Shown here one piece after another: positions 1 through 9,385 of a stretch of DNA of 64,000 nucleotides (its first letter is position 1; the number at the start of each line of letters is the position of its first letter). The notes beneath the pieces were generated by a model. It worked only from the letters and a program-made list of their open reading frames with translations, made no database searches and was not told where the DNA came from. The translations under genes and the position numbers were made by a program. The DNA lies in NCBI GenBank assembly GCA_963796055.1, contig CAWCKH010000005.1, positions 1-64,000 of the forward strand, in the 5' to 3' direction. The DNA is from an uncultured delta proteobacterium. Its GTDB lineage: Bacteria > Myxococcota > Myxococcia > Myxococcales > Myxococcaceae.

Positions 1-1
1 T

Positions 2-12
2 ATGGAGCGACC
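2..12 (+). repeat. Left sub-terminal inverted repeat of the IS
   Basis: ATGGAGCGACC is the exact reverse complement of 1483-1493. Confidence 0.9.
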
Positions 13-82
13 GGCTCGCTCGTTCAGCGCGGATTAGCCTCGGCAACGCCGCGGCCAGAGCCGCAAACGAGGAGCCGGTCGA

Positions 83-1178
83 GTGAAAACTACAACGCTG
101 ACCGTCGGAATGGACGTGCATAAGGAGTCGATTTCCTTCTCGGTGCTGGCCGGTGACCGGGGAGGCGCTCGGCCCACGGTGAAGATCCGGAACGATGCGC
201 TCGAGCTGAAGCGCTGCTTCGGCAGGCTCAAAAAGGAAGGGGCGGTCCGCGCCTGCTACGAGGCCGGGAGTTGCGGCTACGAGGTCTACCGGCAGCTCGC
301 AGCGATGAAGATCCCATGCGACGTGGTCGCGCCCTCGCTTATCCCGGTGCGCGCCGGCAATCGGGTCAAGACCGACCGGCGCGACGCCGAGAAGCTCGCT
401 CGCCTCTACCGCGCCGGCGAGCTCACTTCGATTCGTGTCCCCTCCGAGGCCGAGGAGGCGCTGCGGGATCTCGTTCGCTGCCGAGAGGATGCGCGCGAGG
501 ACGTCATCCGCGAGCGCGACCGACTCCTGAAGTTCCTCCTGCGCCACGGGCGCAGCTTTACCGAGGGCAAGAAGAACTGGTCGATGCCGCACTGGAAGTG
601 GCTTCGCAAACAGACGTTCGAGGCCCCCATCGCACAGACGGTCTTCACCGAGTACTTGGCCCGCCTCGAGGGAACGCTCGGACGTCTCAAGGCGCTCGAC
701 CAGGAACTCGCGACAGCCGCCGAGAAGGAGCCCTATAAAACTCCCGTTGCGAAGCTCCGCTGCCTGCGCGGCATCGACACGCTCTCGGCCGTCATCCTCA
801 TCGCCGAGATTCTGCGACTTCCAGCGGTTCGAGCACCCCGACCAGTTCATGGCTTTCGTCGGCCTCGTCCCGAGCGAGCGCTCGAGCGGAGCCAAGGAGC
901 GGCGGGGCAGCATCACCAAGACGGGCAACGGACACGCCCGGCGCGTACTGGTCGAGGCCGCCTGGCACTACCGGCGCCCGCCACGCCAGAGCGGCGTCAT
1001 CAAACAGCGCTGGGAGGGCCAGGATGCAAAGGTCGTAGCCCACGCATGGAAAGCCCAGGAGCGGCTGCACCGGCGCTTCCACCGCTTCGTCTCCCGCGGC
1101 AAACCTTCGCAGGTCGCGGCCGTCGCCGTGGCTCGCGAGCTCTGCGGCTTTGTCTGGGCCATCGCCCGCGCCGCTTGA
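83..1178 (+). pseudogene. IS110-family DEDD recombinase/transposase, frameshifted by one extra T at about 810-811 (true mutation or sequencing error)
   Basis: First frame gives GMDVH, YEAG, KTDRRDA (RuvC-like DEDD) up to LIAEI. A second frame continues CDFQRF...GLVPSERSSG...GSITKTGN..RRVLVEAAW...VAVAREL, stop 1176-1178. Deleting one T from GAGATTCTGC joins the two halves. Confidence 0.93.
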
Positions 1179-1200
1179 AAGGAGCAACGTACGTGCATCG

Positions 1201-1413
1201 CTTCGAAGCCGGCAGGCAGTGGATGAGCCAGGAACGTAGGAGGGACTCTCGACAGTTCTAAGTGGCGGCGGGCTCGACCCGCCGACCCACGCCGCTAGAG
1301 CGAGAAAGCCTCCCGACGAATCACGGTCATGCGGCGGCTCCGCCGACCCGCGAATCCTAGAGTGATCAACCGTCGCAGCTCCCTCGCTCGTCCCCTGCCT
1401 GAAGGCCTCGAAG
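1201..1413 (+). ncRNA. Putative bridge RNA / seekRNA of the IS
   Basis: Outer stem 1201-1228 / 1386-1413 encloses two stem-internal loop-hairpin modules (1239-1313 and 1314-1375). Loop 1253-1260 is the reverse complement of flank 1496-1503; loop 1354-1361 is identical to the right junction 1492-1499. Confidence 0.82.
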
Positions 1414-1476
1414 TACGAACCACGAGGAGCTGCGAAGCGAACAGACGCATCGCCACCAACGAACGAGAGAGCTGAC

Positions 1477-1482
1477 TTGACG
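1477..1482 (+). promoter_or_regulatory. Outward-facing -35 hexamer in the IS right end (circle-junction promoter half)
   Basis: TTGACG directly before the right IR, the usual arrangement in IS110/IS1111 elements. Confidence 0.6.
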
Positions 1483-1493
1483 GGTCGCTCCAT
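1483..1493 (-). repeat. Right sub-terminal inverted repeat of the IS
   Basis: GGTCGCTCCAT, reverse complement of 2-12. Confidence 0.9.
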
Positions 1494-1494
1494 C

Positions 1495-2916
1495 CTAGAA
1501 CTGCAGGCGGAGCATCAGCCGCCCGCCCAGGTAGCGGTCGGTCGCGCTCCCGGCCGCCTCCGGCTGGTTGTCGTCGAAGGTGAAGGAGGTCGACTGGTAG
1601 ATGCCGAAGATGCGCAGCGCGAGCGGCCCCACCAGCTGGACGTGGAAGCCGAGCTCGGCCTCGATCGCATGGGCGCTCCCGGTGAAGGCGATCGAGTTCA
1701 CCCCGCTCGCGTCCTGCACCGCGAGGCTCTTGGTGCTCCAGAGCACGTACTGGCCGCCGACGATGATCCAGAAGCCGCCCGACACCGGGATGTCGAGCCG
1801 CAGCCCGAAGCGGACCCCGGACAGGTCGAACTGCGGAAGGCCGTTGAAGCCGTTCCCGCTCGGGTCCCCGTCGGTCACGAACTTCTGCTTGCCGTAGGCG
1901 AAGATCGGGACGATGGCGAAGTCCGAGTCGCTCCAGAACCGCATCCGCCACTCCACCCCGGCCTGCCAGCGGTTGTAGGTGGTGCCCTTCTCGAAGGTGT
2001 TCGAGGCGTCCTGGAACTTGCTCTTCAGCCCCACCGACATCGCGTAGTCGCCGAAGAGCCCGATTCCGGCGAAGAAGCCGTCGGAGAAGAGGGCGATGGG
2101 GAAGAACTCCAGCCGGGCGTGCGGGGCGACGAAGAGGCTGACGCTGTACGGCCGGAGAATCGAGCCGGCACCCACGTTCCCGTAGGAGAGGTTGCGGTTG
2201 AGGAAGTCCGCACCGAGCTCGATCGCAAAGCGCCACTGGTGCCGCGGTGCTTCGTAGGCCTGGTTGGCGCCGGCGTCCACCGCCACCGGGGTGTCCGCGA
2301 GCGTCTTCTCCCCGGAAGCAGGAGGAGGAGGAACAGGGGTGATCGGGAGCGGCATCGGCTCGGCGCCGGTGACCGCGGCGCCGGCGGCGAGCGCTGCGCC
2401 GGCGCTCGGTCCGGTGGTGGGTGGAGTGGTGCTCAGGGTGTCCGGGCCGGCAGCAGCCGAGGTGCCCGCGGCCACCGCGCCCACCGCCCCGACCCCGGCG
2501 TTCCCCCCGCCGGAGGCGAGGTTGCCCACGTCCGCGCTCAGCGTCTGGAGGCTGGAGCTGGTGACCTTCCCCGCCTGGGTGAGCGGGAACGACCAGCTCT
2601 GCGCGGGCTTGCCCGGCTTGTCGAGCCAGGACAGCTGGACCTCCTTGCCCTTCCCGGACTTGGCCTTGGCCACGCCGCCCACCAGGAGACCCGACACCTG
2701 GGCGCTCTTCATCTTGTTCCAGTCCGGCTTCTTCTTGGTGAAGACGCGGCTCGACGGGACGCAGGTGTACGTGCGGCAGAGCGCGGCGGAGATCTGGCTC
2801 TGCACCTGCGACCGCTTGTCGCCGGTGATGGGAGCGATGGTGATCTTCGGGGCCGCTTCGGCCGTGAGCGCACAGACCAGGAGGCCCAGCGCGGCGAGTC
2901 TTCCGTGAAATGACAT
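1495..2916 (-). CDS. Secreted protein with low-complexity linker and probable C-terminal outer-membrane beta-barrel
   Basis: ATG 2916 with GGAGG RBS; signal peptide (LAALGLLVCALTAEA); Ala/Pro/Gly linker; alternating aromatic strands; ends LMLRLQF (beta-signal Phe). Confidence 0.7.
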   Translation of the reverse strand: MSFHGRLAALGLLVCALTAEAAPKITIAPITGDKRSQVQSQISAALCRTYTCVPSSRVFTKKKPDWNKMKSAQVSGLLVGGVAKAKSGKGKEVQLSWLDKPGKPAQSWSFPLTQAGKVTSSSLQTLSADVGNLASGGGNAGVGAVGAVAAGTSAAAGPDTLSTTPPTTGPSAGAALAAGAAVTGAEPMPLPITPVPPPPASGEKTLADTPVAVDAGANQAYEAPRHQWRFAIELGADFLNRNLSYGNVGAGSILRPYSVSLFVAPHARLEFFPIALFSDGFFAGIGLFGDYAMSVGLKSKFQDASNTFEKGTTYNRWQAGVEWRMRFWSDSDFAIVPIFAYGKQKFVTDGDPSGNGFNGLPQFDLSGVRFGLRLDIPVSGGFWIIVGGQYVLWSTKSLAVQDASGVNSIAFTGSAHAIEAELGFHVQLVGPLALRIFGIYQSTSFTFDDNQPEAAGSATDRYLGGRLMLRLQF

Positions 2917-3068
2917 CCCTTGTCCTCCGGGGGCGCGGGCGAGAGGACGGCGCAGGCGCGCCGCCCATGGGCCCAGCAGAGCGATGCTCCCCTCTCCGTC
3001 GCCACGCAGCAAGGTTTCGTCGCTGTGGACCGAAGGGCGCCGGTGTACCAGGATGTGGTCACCGTGAC

Positions 3069-3141
3069 GGGCCCTTAGCTCAGCGGTCAGAGCTGTCGGC
3101 TCATAACCGATTGGTCCCAGGTTCGAATCCTGGAGGGCCCA
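3069..3141 (+). tRNA. tRNA with CAT anticodon, most likely tRNA-Ile2 (lysidine)
   Basis: Acceptor GGGCCCT/AGGGCCC, anticodon loop CT-CAT-AA, T-arm GGTTCGAATCC; ileX-like body; CCA not encoded. Confidence 0.9.
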
Positions 3142-3157
3142 CTCGTCGCGCCCTGCG

Positions 3158-3260
3158 CTGCGGAAGCGCGCAGGAGCGCGCCACCTACCCGGGCTCAGTC
3201 CCCCGAACCAGGGGGACGCCTGCGGAAGCGCGCAGGGGCGCGCCAGCGATCGGGCTCAGT
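3158..3260. repeat. Imperfect direct duplication (about 42 nt, two copies) with an intervening hairpin
   Basis: CTGCGGAAGCGCGCAGG(A/G)GCGCGCCA at 3158-3183 and 3220-3245 (25/26 identical), each followed by CGGGCTCAGT (3190-3199, 3251-3260). Confidence 0.75.
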
Positions 3261-4140
3261 GCGCGCGGGCCGAGAGCAGCAGCGCGGCGAACAATCCGGC
3301 GAGGTACAGCAGGCTGAAGAGGAAGGTCTGGCGTGCCCAGGCCTTCTGCTCCCGCCGCAGCACGCCGCGGCCGACCAGCACCAGGAACGCCCCGCCGAGC
3401 ACCACCGCCACGCCCAGGTACAGCGGTCCGGCGAGGCCGAACGGCACCAGCAGCACGCTCAGCGCCACCAGCAGCACCGTCCAGAGCAGCATCCAGATGC
3501 GGGTCGCGTCGTCCCCCTGGACGAGCGGCAGGGCCATGTAGCCCGCGTTCCGGTACTCGTCCTTGCGGAAGAGGGCGATGGCGAGGAAGTGGGGCATCTG
3601 CCAGGCGAACAGGATCCCGAAGAGGAGCAGCCCTCCGGTGCCGATCCGCCCGGTCACCGCGGTCCAGCCCATCAGCGGCGGCAGCGAGCCGGGGATCGCC
3701 CCGACCAGCATCGCCATCGGGCTCCGGGGCTTCAGCGGGGTGTAGGCCGCCACGTAGCTCACCAGGGCGAGGAACCCCAGCGAGACGGTGAGCCCGTTGC
3801 TGGCCAGCGCCAGCAGCGGGAGCGAGAACACCGCCAGCAGCAGCCCGAACCCGAGCGCGACCCCCGGCTCCATCCGGCCCGAGGGCAGCGGCCGCTGGCG
3901 GGTGCGGGCCATGAAGCGATCCCGGTCCCGCTCGAGCCAGCAGTTCAGCGCGTTCGCCGCCCCCACCGTGCCCGCGGTGCCGAGCAAGGTGGCCACCCAC
4001 CTGGACACCGACAGCTCGCCCGGCGCGAGCCACATGCCACCGGCGAGCGTGCACAGCACCAGGCTCGAGAGGCGAGGCTTGACGAGCGAGACCAGGTCGG
4101 CGGCGGGGGACACTGGCCTGGGCAGGGCGCGGACGGTCAT
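3256..4140 (-). CDS. cyoE: Protoheme IX farnesyltransferase (heme o synthase)
   Basis: LVKPR, N..LERDRD..MARTRQRPLPSGR, YTPLK, GAIPGSLPPLMGW, WQMPHFLAIA motifs. Confidence 0.95.
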   Translation of the reverse strand: MTVRALPRPVSPAADLVSLVKPRLSSLVLCTLAGGMWLAPGELSVSRWVATLLGTAGTVGAANALNCWLERDRDRFMARTRQRPLPSGRMEPGVALGFGLLLAVFSLPLLALASNGLTVSLGFLALVSYVAAYTPLKPRSPMAMLVGAIPGSLPPLMGWTAVTGRIGTGGLLLFGILFAWQMPHFLAIALFRKDEYRNAGYMALPLVQGDDATRIWMLLWTVLLVALSVLLVPFGLAGPLYLGVAVVLGGAFLVLVGRGVLRREQKAWARQTFLFSLLYLAGLFAALLLSARAH

Positions 4141-4223
4141 GAAGGCCCCAGGGATTACCCGTCCCTGCCTCCGGCTTCAAGACCCCGGAGCACCTCGTTC
4201 ACCGGACGGGCGTCGGGGCCGAA

Positions 4224-6500
4224 TCAGCGGGCCAGCGCCTGGGCGTCGGCGGCGTGCTCGCCGCGGGGCTCCAGCTCGAGGTACTTGGACGCGGTGACCC
4301 GGGCCTTCTCGCGGCTGCGCCGGTCGGAACCGAGGAAACGGGCGTAGAAGAAGTAGGTATCGGCGGCACCCGGGTCGGTGTCGAGCGCCCGGCGGAACGA
4401 CTCGTCTGCCTTCGTCCGGTCTCCCTGCATCTCGTAGGTGCGTCCCAGCTCGGTGAGGGCCTCGGCGATGCGCCCACCCTGCCCGATGAACTCCTGGCTG
4501 GCGCGGGTGAGCTGCTCGATGCTCTTCGGGTAGTCCTTCTTCTCGCGGTAGACGATGCCCAGCTGCAGGCGGGCGTCGGGGTTCTTCGACGTCGCGTCGC
4601 CCAGCGCCTTGCTGTACTGCGCAGCGGCCTCGTCCAGCCGGCCCTGCTGGTAGTACACCTGGCCGAGCATCACCATGAGCCGGGGACTCTCGCCCATGGT
4701 GCGGATCGCGGTGGTGAGCGCTTCCTGCGCCGCGGTGGCCCCCTCGGGCTTCTGCATCAGCGCCCGGGCGAGGTCCACGTAGGCCTGGGCCCGGCTGGGG
4801 TCGGCCTTCACCGCCTCGCGCATCTCGCGGACCGCGGCGTCCGTCTGCCCCTCGACCAGCAGCCGCTTGCCGCGAAGCAGGTGGAGCTCGGGGTTGTTCC
4901 GGTCGAGCGCGAACCCCTCCTCGTCTTCCTTGGCGGCGAGCGCGGCGGCAGCGGCCCGGTCGAGCGGGACGCCGGTGGCCTCGGCGAGCCTCTTTCCCAC
5001 GTCCGGCTGGATCCCCGCCACCGCGCCCTGGACGCGGCTGACCATCAGCGCCCGCGCGAGGTGGGCGACGGCCAGCTGCCGGGGCGAGGGCGGCGGATCG
5101 GCGTCGAGCAGCTTCCGCAGACTGATCGCGGCCGCGGGGAAGCCGGCGGCGTTGTCGGACTCGAGGACGAGCAGCGCACGGCCGAGCAACGATTCGGGGT
5201 GGTCCCTCTCGTACCGCAGGGCGAACCCGTAGTTCTGGTCCGCCGCCCGGGGATCGCCGCGGCGTCGGTGCAAGGTGCCCAGCGCGGCGTAGACCCGTGG
5301 GTCGCTGGGGGCGGCCTGCTGCGCCTTCTCCAGGCTGTCACGGGCCCGCTCGAGGTCCCCGACCTGCATCTGGATGATCCCCTGGGTGAGCTCGAGGAAC
5401 GCGCTGGTCTGGCCCTTCTCGTCGAGCGCCTTCACCTTGCCCTCCAGCGTGGCGAGCGCCTGGTTGGCCTTCCCCGAATAGCTGGCAAGCAACGCCTCGG
5501 CCGCATCGGCGAAGCGGCTGTCCTGATCTCCCGCCTTGCGCACCGAGGCCAGGTGCTCCTCGGCGAAGCGGCGGGCGTCGTCGCCGTCGCCGTGCTCCCC
5601 CCAGCGGATGGCATAGGCGTACGCGAGGTACCCGTGCGCCAGGGCGCTGTTGGGGTCGATGTCCAGCGCCGCCGTCGCCGCGTCAGTGGCCTTCTTGTAG
5701 GAGGCGAAGCTGTCGTGCCGGAGCTGCTCGCTGGCCTCCTTGAGGCTCTTCTTCAGCTTGATGTCGCGGGCGGCCTTCCACTGGCCGTAGCCGTACCAGC
5801 CGCCGAGGATTGCCACCCCGGCCAGCGCGGTGATGATGAAGCGGGTGGCGTGGCCACTCTTCGTCGCCGGCGCCGGCAGCTGGTCGTCGTCCTCGTGCTC
5901 GGCGGCGCGCAGGGCGGCCGGGCGCTGCACCGGCATCCCGTTGACCGAGCGCGTGCGCGGCGCGGCGGACGGTCCGGTGCCGACGGGCACCTCCGCGAGC
6001 CGGGGCGGCCCGCCCCGCTGGGTGGTCGCGGCCACGGCGGCCGGCGGGGGCTCGGGTGGCGGCGGGGGCTTCGGCGGCTCGACCTTCCACCGGGCGAAAG
6101 CGGCGGCGGTCTCGGGATCCTTCGGCTCCAGGTCCCACACCTTCTGCAGGGTGGCCTTGCCGGCGGTGGCGTCTCCCGCGCGCATCTGCACGTCGGCCAG
6201 CGCGCGGAGCACGCCGCGATCGGTTGGTGCGACGCCGAGCGCGCCCTGCAGCTCGTCGAGCGCCTTCTTGTCCTTGCCCTGCTCGGCGTAGACCCGGGCC
6301 AGCAGCAGGCGCGGGTCGGGCCGGTTGGGGTGGGCCTTGACGCCCTTCTTGCAGACCACCATCGCTTCCATGAAGCGGCCGGCGGCGAGGTACGCCTCGG
6401 CGAGCGGGCGGTACGCCTCCGATCCGGGGTCCGAGTTGAACGCACTCTCCAGCTTCGCGAGCTCCTGGGGGCTCAGCGTCTTCGCAGGCGTGGTGCTCAT
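4224..6500 (-). CDS. Bitopic tetratricopeptide-repeat protein
   Basis: N-terminal TPRs, Pro-rich linker, one TM helix (FIITALAGVAILGGWYGY), many C-terminal TPRs. Confidence 0.85.
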   Translation of the reverse strand: MSTTPAKTLSPQELAKLESAFNSDPGSEAYRPLAEAYLAAGRFMEAMVVCKKGVKAHPNRPDPRLLLARVYAEQGKDKKALDELQGALGVAPTDRGVLRALADVQMRAGDATAGKATLQKVWDLEPKDPETAAAFARWKVEPPKPPPPPEPPPAAVAATTQRGGPPRLAEVPVGTGPSAAPRTRSVNGMPVQRPAALRAAEHEDDDQLPAPATKSGHATRFIITALAGVAILGGWYGYGQWKAARDIKLKKSLKEASEQLRHDSFASYKKATDAATAALDIDPNSALAHGYLAYAYAIRWGEHGDGDDARRFAEEHLASVRKAGDQDSRFADAAEALLASYSGKANQALATLEGKVKALDEKGQTSAFLELTQGIIQMQVGDLERARDSLEKAQQAAPSDPRVYAALGTLHRRRGDPRAADQNYGFALRYERDHPESLLGRALLVLESDNAAGFPAAAISLRKLLDADPPPSPRQLAVAHLARALMVSRVQGAVAGIQPDVGKRLAEATGVPLDRAAAAALAAKEDEEGFALDRNNPELHLLRGKRLLVEGQTDAAVREMREAVKADPSRAQAYVDLARALMQKPEGATAAQEALTTAIRTMGESPRLMVMLGQVYYQQGRLDEAAAQYSKALGDATSKNPDARLQLGIVYREKKDYPKSIEQLTRASQEFIGQGGRIAEALTELGRTYEMQGDRTKADESFRRALDTDPGAADTYFFYARFLGSDRRSREKARVTASKYLELEPRGEHAADAQALAR

Positions 6501-6554
6501 CGAATTCGGCGGAATCTAAAGGAAAGCACCCGTTCCCCGAAAGCCGGGCGTCCG

Positions 6555-6582
6555 TTGACACACCCCCCGGCGGGCGTATAGG
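6555..6582 (+). promoter_or_regulatory. Sigma70-type promoter for tRNA-Ala
   Basis: TTGACA-N16-TATAGG about 20 nt upstream of the tRNA. Confidence 0.7.
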
Positions 6583-6601
6583 AGCCGCTGTCCCGTATCC
6601 C

Positions 6602-6674
<73 letters not shown>

Positions 6675-6750
6675 CTCGACAGGAATTGACTCCGTGACGG
6701 GGCCCGGGAGCCCCCCGGGCCCCGCGAGCCATCCTCCCACCCTGCTCCCC

Positions 6751-7779
6751 GTGCAGATCGTTCAGTGGGACGGTGCGCGCGGGGTGCTGGACGGCGGAGG
6801 TCGGACCTTTCCCTTCACCCGCGCCGACGTGGTCGGCTTCCATCCGGTGCCCGGGCTGTCCGCGCTGGCGGAGCTCGGCGCCGACGGCAGCCTGCTCCGG
6901 CTCACCCTGTCGGGGCACCCGGCGCGTCCGGAGCCACCGGTGGCGCGGCCCTTCGGCTGGGCGACGGTGTTCGCCCCGGCCGAGCTCGGGCCGAGCGGAG
7001 CGCGGTGGCAGGCGGCGCTGGGGAAGGGGCTGCCCGCGGGCGCCCGGCTAACCGCGCGGGCCCTGCCCGAGGGCGGCACGCTGGTCGAGGCCCGCTGGCC
7101 GGGAGCGCATCTGCTGCTCCGCGAGCGGCGCGCCTCCGATGCGGGTGAGCTGGAGCGGAGGCTCGTGCCGGCGACCGCCCTGCTCCCCTCGGTCGTCTGG
7201 GAGGTGCTCCCGGCGGCGGTGCTCCCGGCGGAGGAGCGGCGCCTGCTCGGCGCCGAGGCTGCCGACCCCTGGGGGCCGTCCGGAGTCACCCGGCTCCTGG
7301 TGCGGGTGCTGCGCGCGGCGCTCGACGGTGGCGGAACTCACCTCGTCCTCGAGCACGCCGGACGCCTCCTGCTGGCGGCGGACGAGGCGCGGGATCGACT
7401 GGGTGACCCCGACGATGCCGAGGCGCGGCCGTTCGGCGCGTTCATCGACTGGGCGCTGACGCCGGACGGGAGCCGCTACCGCACGCTGGGAATGGCGGTG
7501 GCCGGCGGCGACGATCTGGAGATCGAGATCCTCCACCGGGACAGCGAGGTCGAGCTGGACAGCGCCGAGTCGGCGCTGCTCTTCGGGTGCCACCTCCAGG
7601 TCCGCGGGGGACGGCTCCTGGAGGACGGCGAGGTGTTCTACGTGCCGAAGGACGTGCGCATCGGCCCACGGGGCGCGAGCGCCACCGCCCGGACCGGATA
7701 CAAGTACGTGGTCTCCGGCTTTCCGGTGCAGGCGGTCAGCGGCGCAGCCCGGCCGCGCGTGCGCCTCGTCCGGGGGTAA
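6751..7779 (+). CDS. Hypothetical protein (short OB/cold-shock-like N-terminus, DUF4261-like C-terminal region)
   Basis: Long ORF with GC-rich third positions; start uncertain (6694 or 6751); YRTLGMAVAGGDDLEI resembles DUF4261-type motif by eye. Confidence 0.55.
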   Translation: MQIVQWDGARGVLDGGGRTFPFTRADVVGFHPVPGLSALAELGADGSLLRLTLSGHPARPEPPVARPFGWATVFAPAELGPSGARWQAALGKGLPAGARLTARALPEGGTLVEARWPGAHLLLRERRASDAGELERRLVPATALLPSVVWEVLPAAVLPAEERRLLGAEAADPWGPSGVTRLLVRVLRAALDGGGTHLVLEHAGRLLLAADEARDRLGDPDDAEARPFGAFIDWALTPDGSRYRTLGMAVAGGDDLEIEILHRDSEVELDSAESALLFGCHLQVRGGRLLEDGEVFYVPKDVRIGPRGASATARTGYKYVVSGFPVQAVSGAARPRVRLVRG

Positions 7780-7782
7780 AGC

Positions 7783-9126
<1,344 letters not shown>

Positions 9127-9385
9127 GTCTCGCCTCCTGGGGTGGGCTTCACAGCGTCGCGCCATCAGTGGCGCTCGGACTGTCAATCTGTTTATCGAAT
9201 GACGTACCGCGCTGTAAAGCTGGATTCACCCGGTGAAGTCGGCAAGTGCCGAGAGTGTTTCACCCGACACGCTTGCCTGCCTGGCCGCTACTCCGGTCAG
9301 TGGCTATCCAGAAGCTGTAAACGAGTCAAAGCAGTGCACGGAAAGGTGCGCCACTCTTCGCATTTGAGTGGCCGGACGCTCCGGC

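Larger units (their letters stand above)
1..1496 (+). mobile_element. IS110-family insertion sequence, IS1111-type architecture (left terminus a few nt outside the window)
   Basis: DEDD recombinase ORF; 11-bp perfect sub-terminal inverted repeats ATGGAGCGACC (2-12) / GGTCGCTCCAT (1483-1493); short 5' end and about 320-nt 3' non-coding end; TTGACG just inside the right IR. Right boundary at 1496 is inferred from a CT core. Confidence 0.92.

Noticed and set aside
812..1261. C-terminal half of the 392-aa ORF 83..1261
   Set aside because: Out-of-frame read-through after the frameshift; the true C-terminus is in the frame ending at 1178.
1262..1361. Repeated CGCCGACCC...CTAGAG units as a mini-CRISPR
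   Set aside because: Only two units, no cas genes, and better explained as the two bridge-RNA modules.
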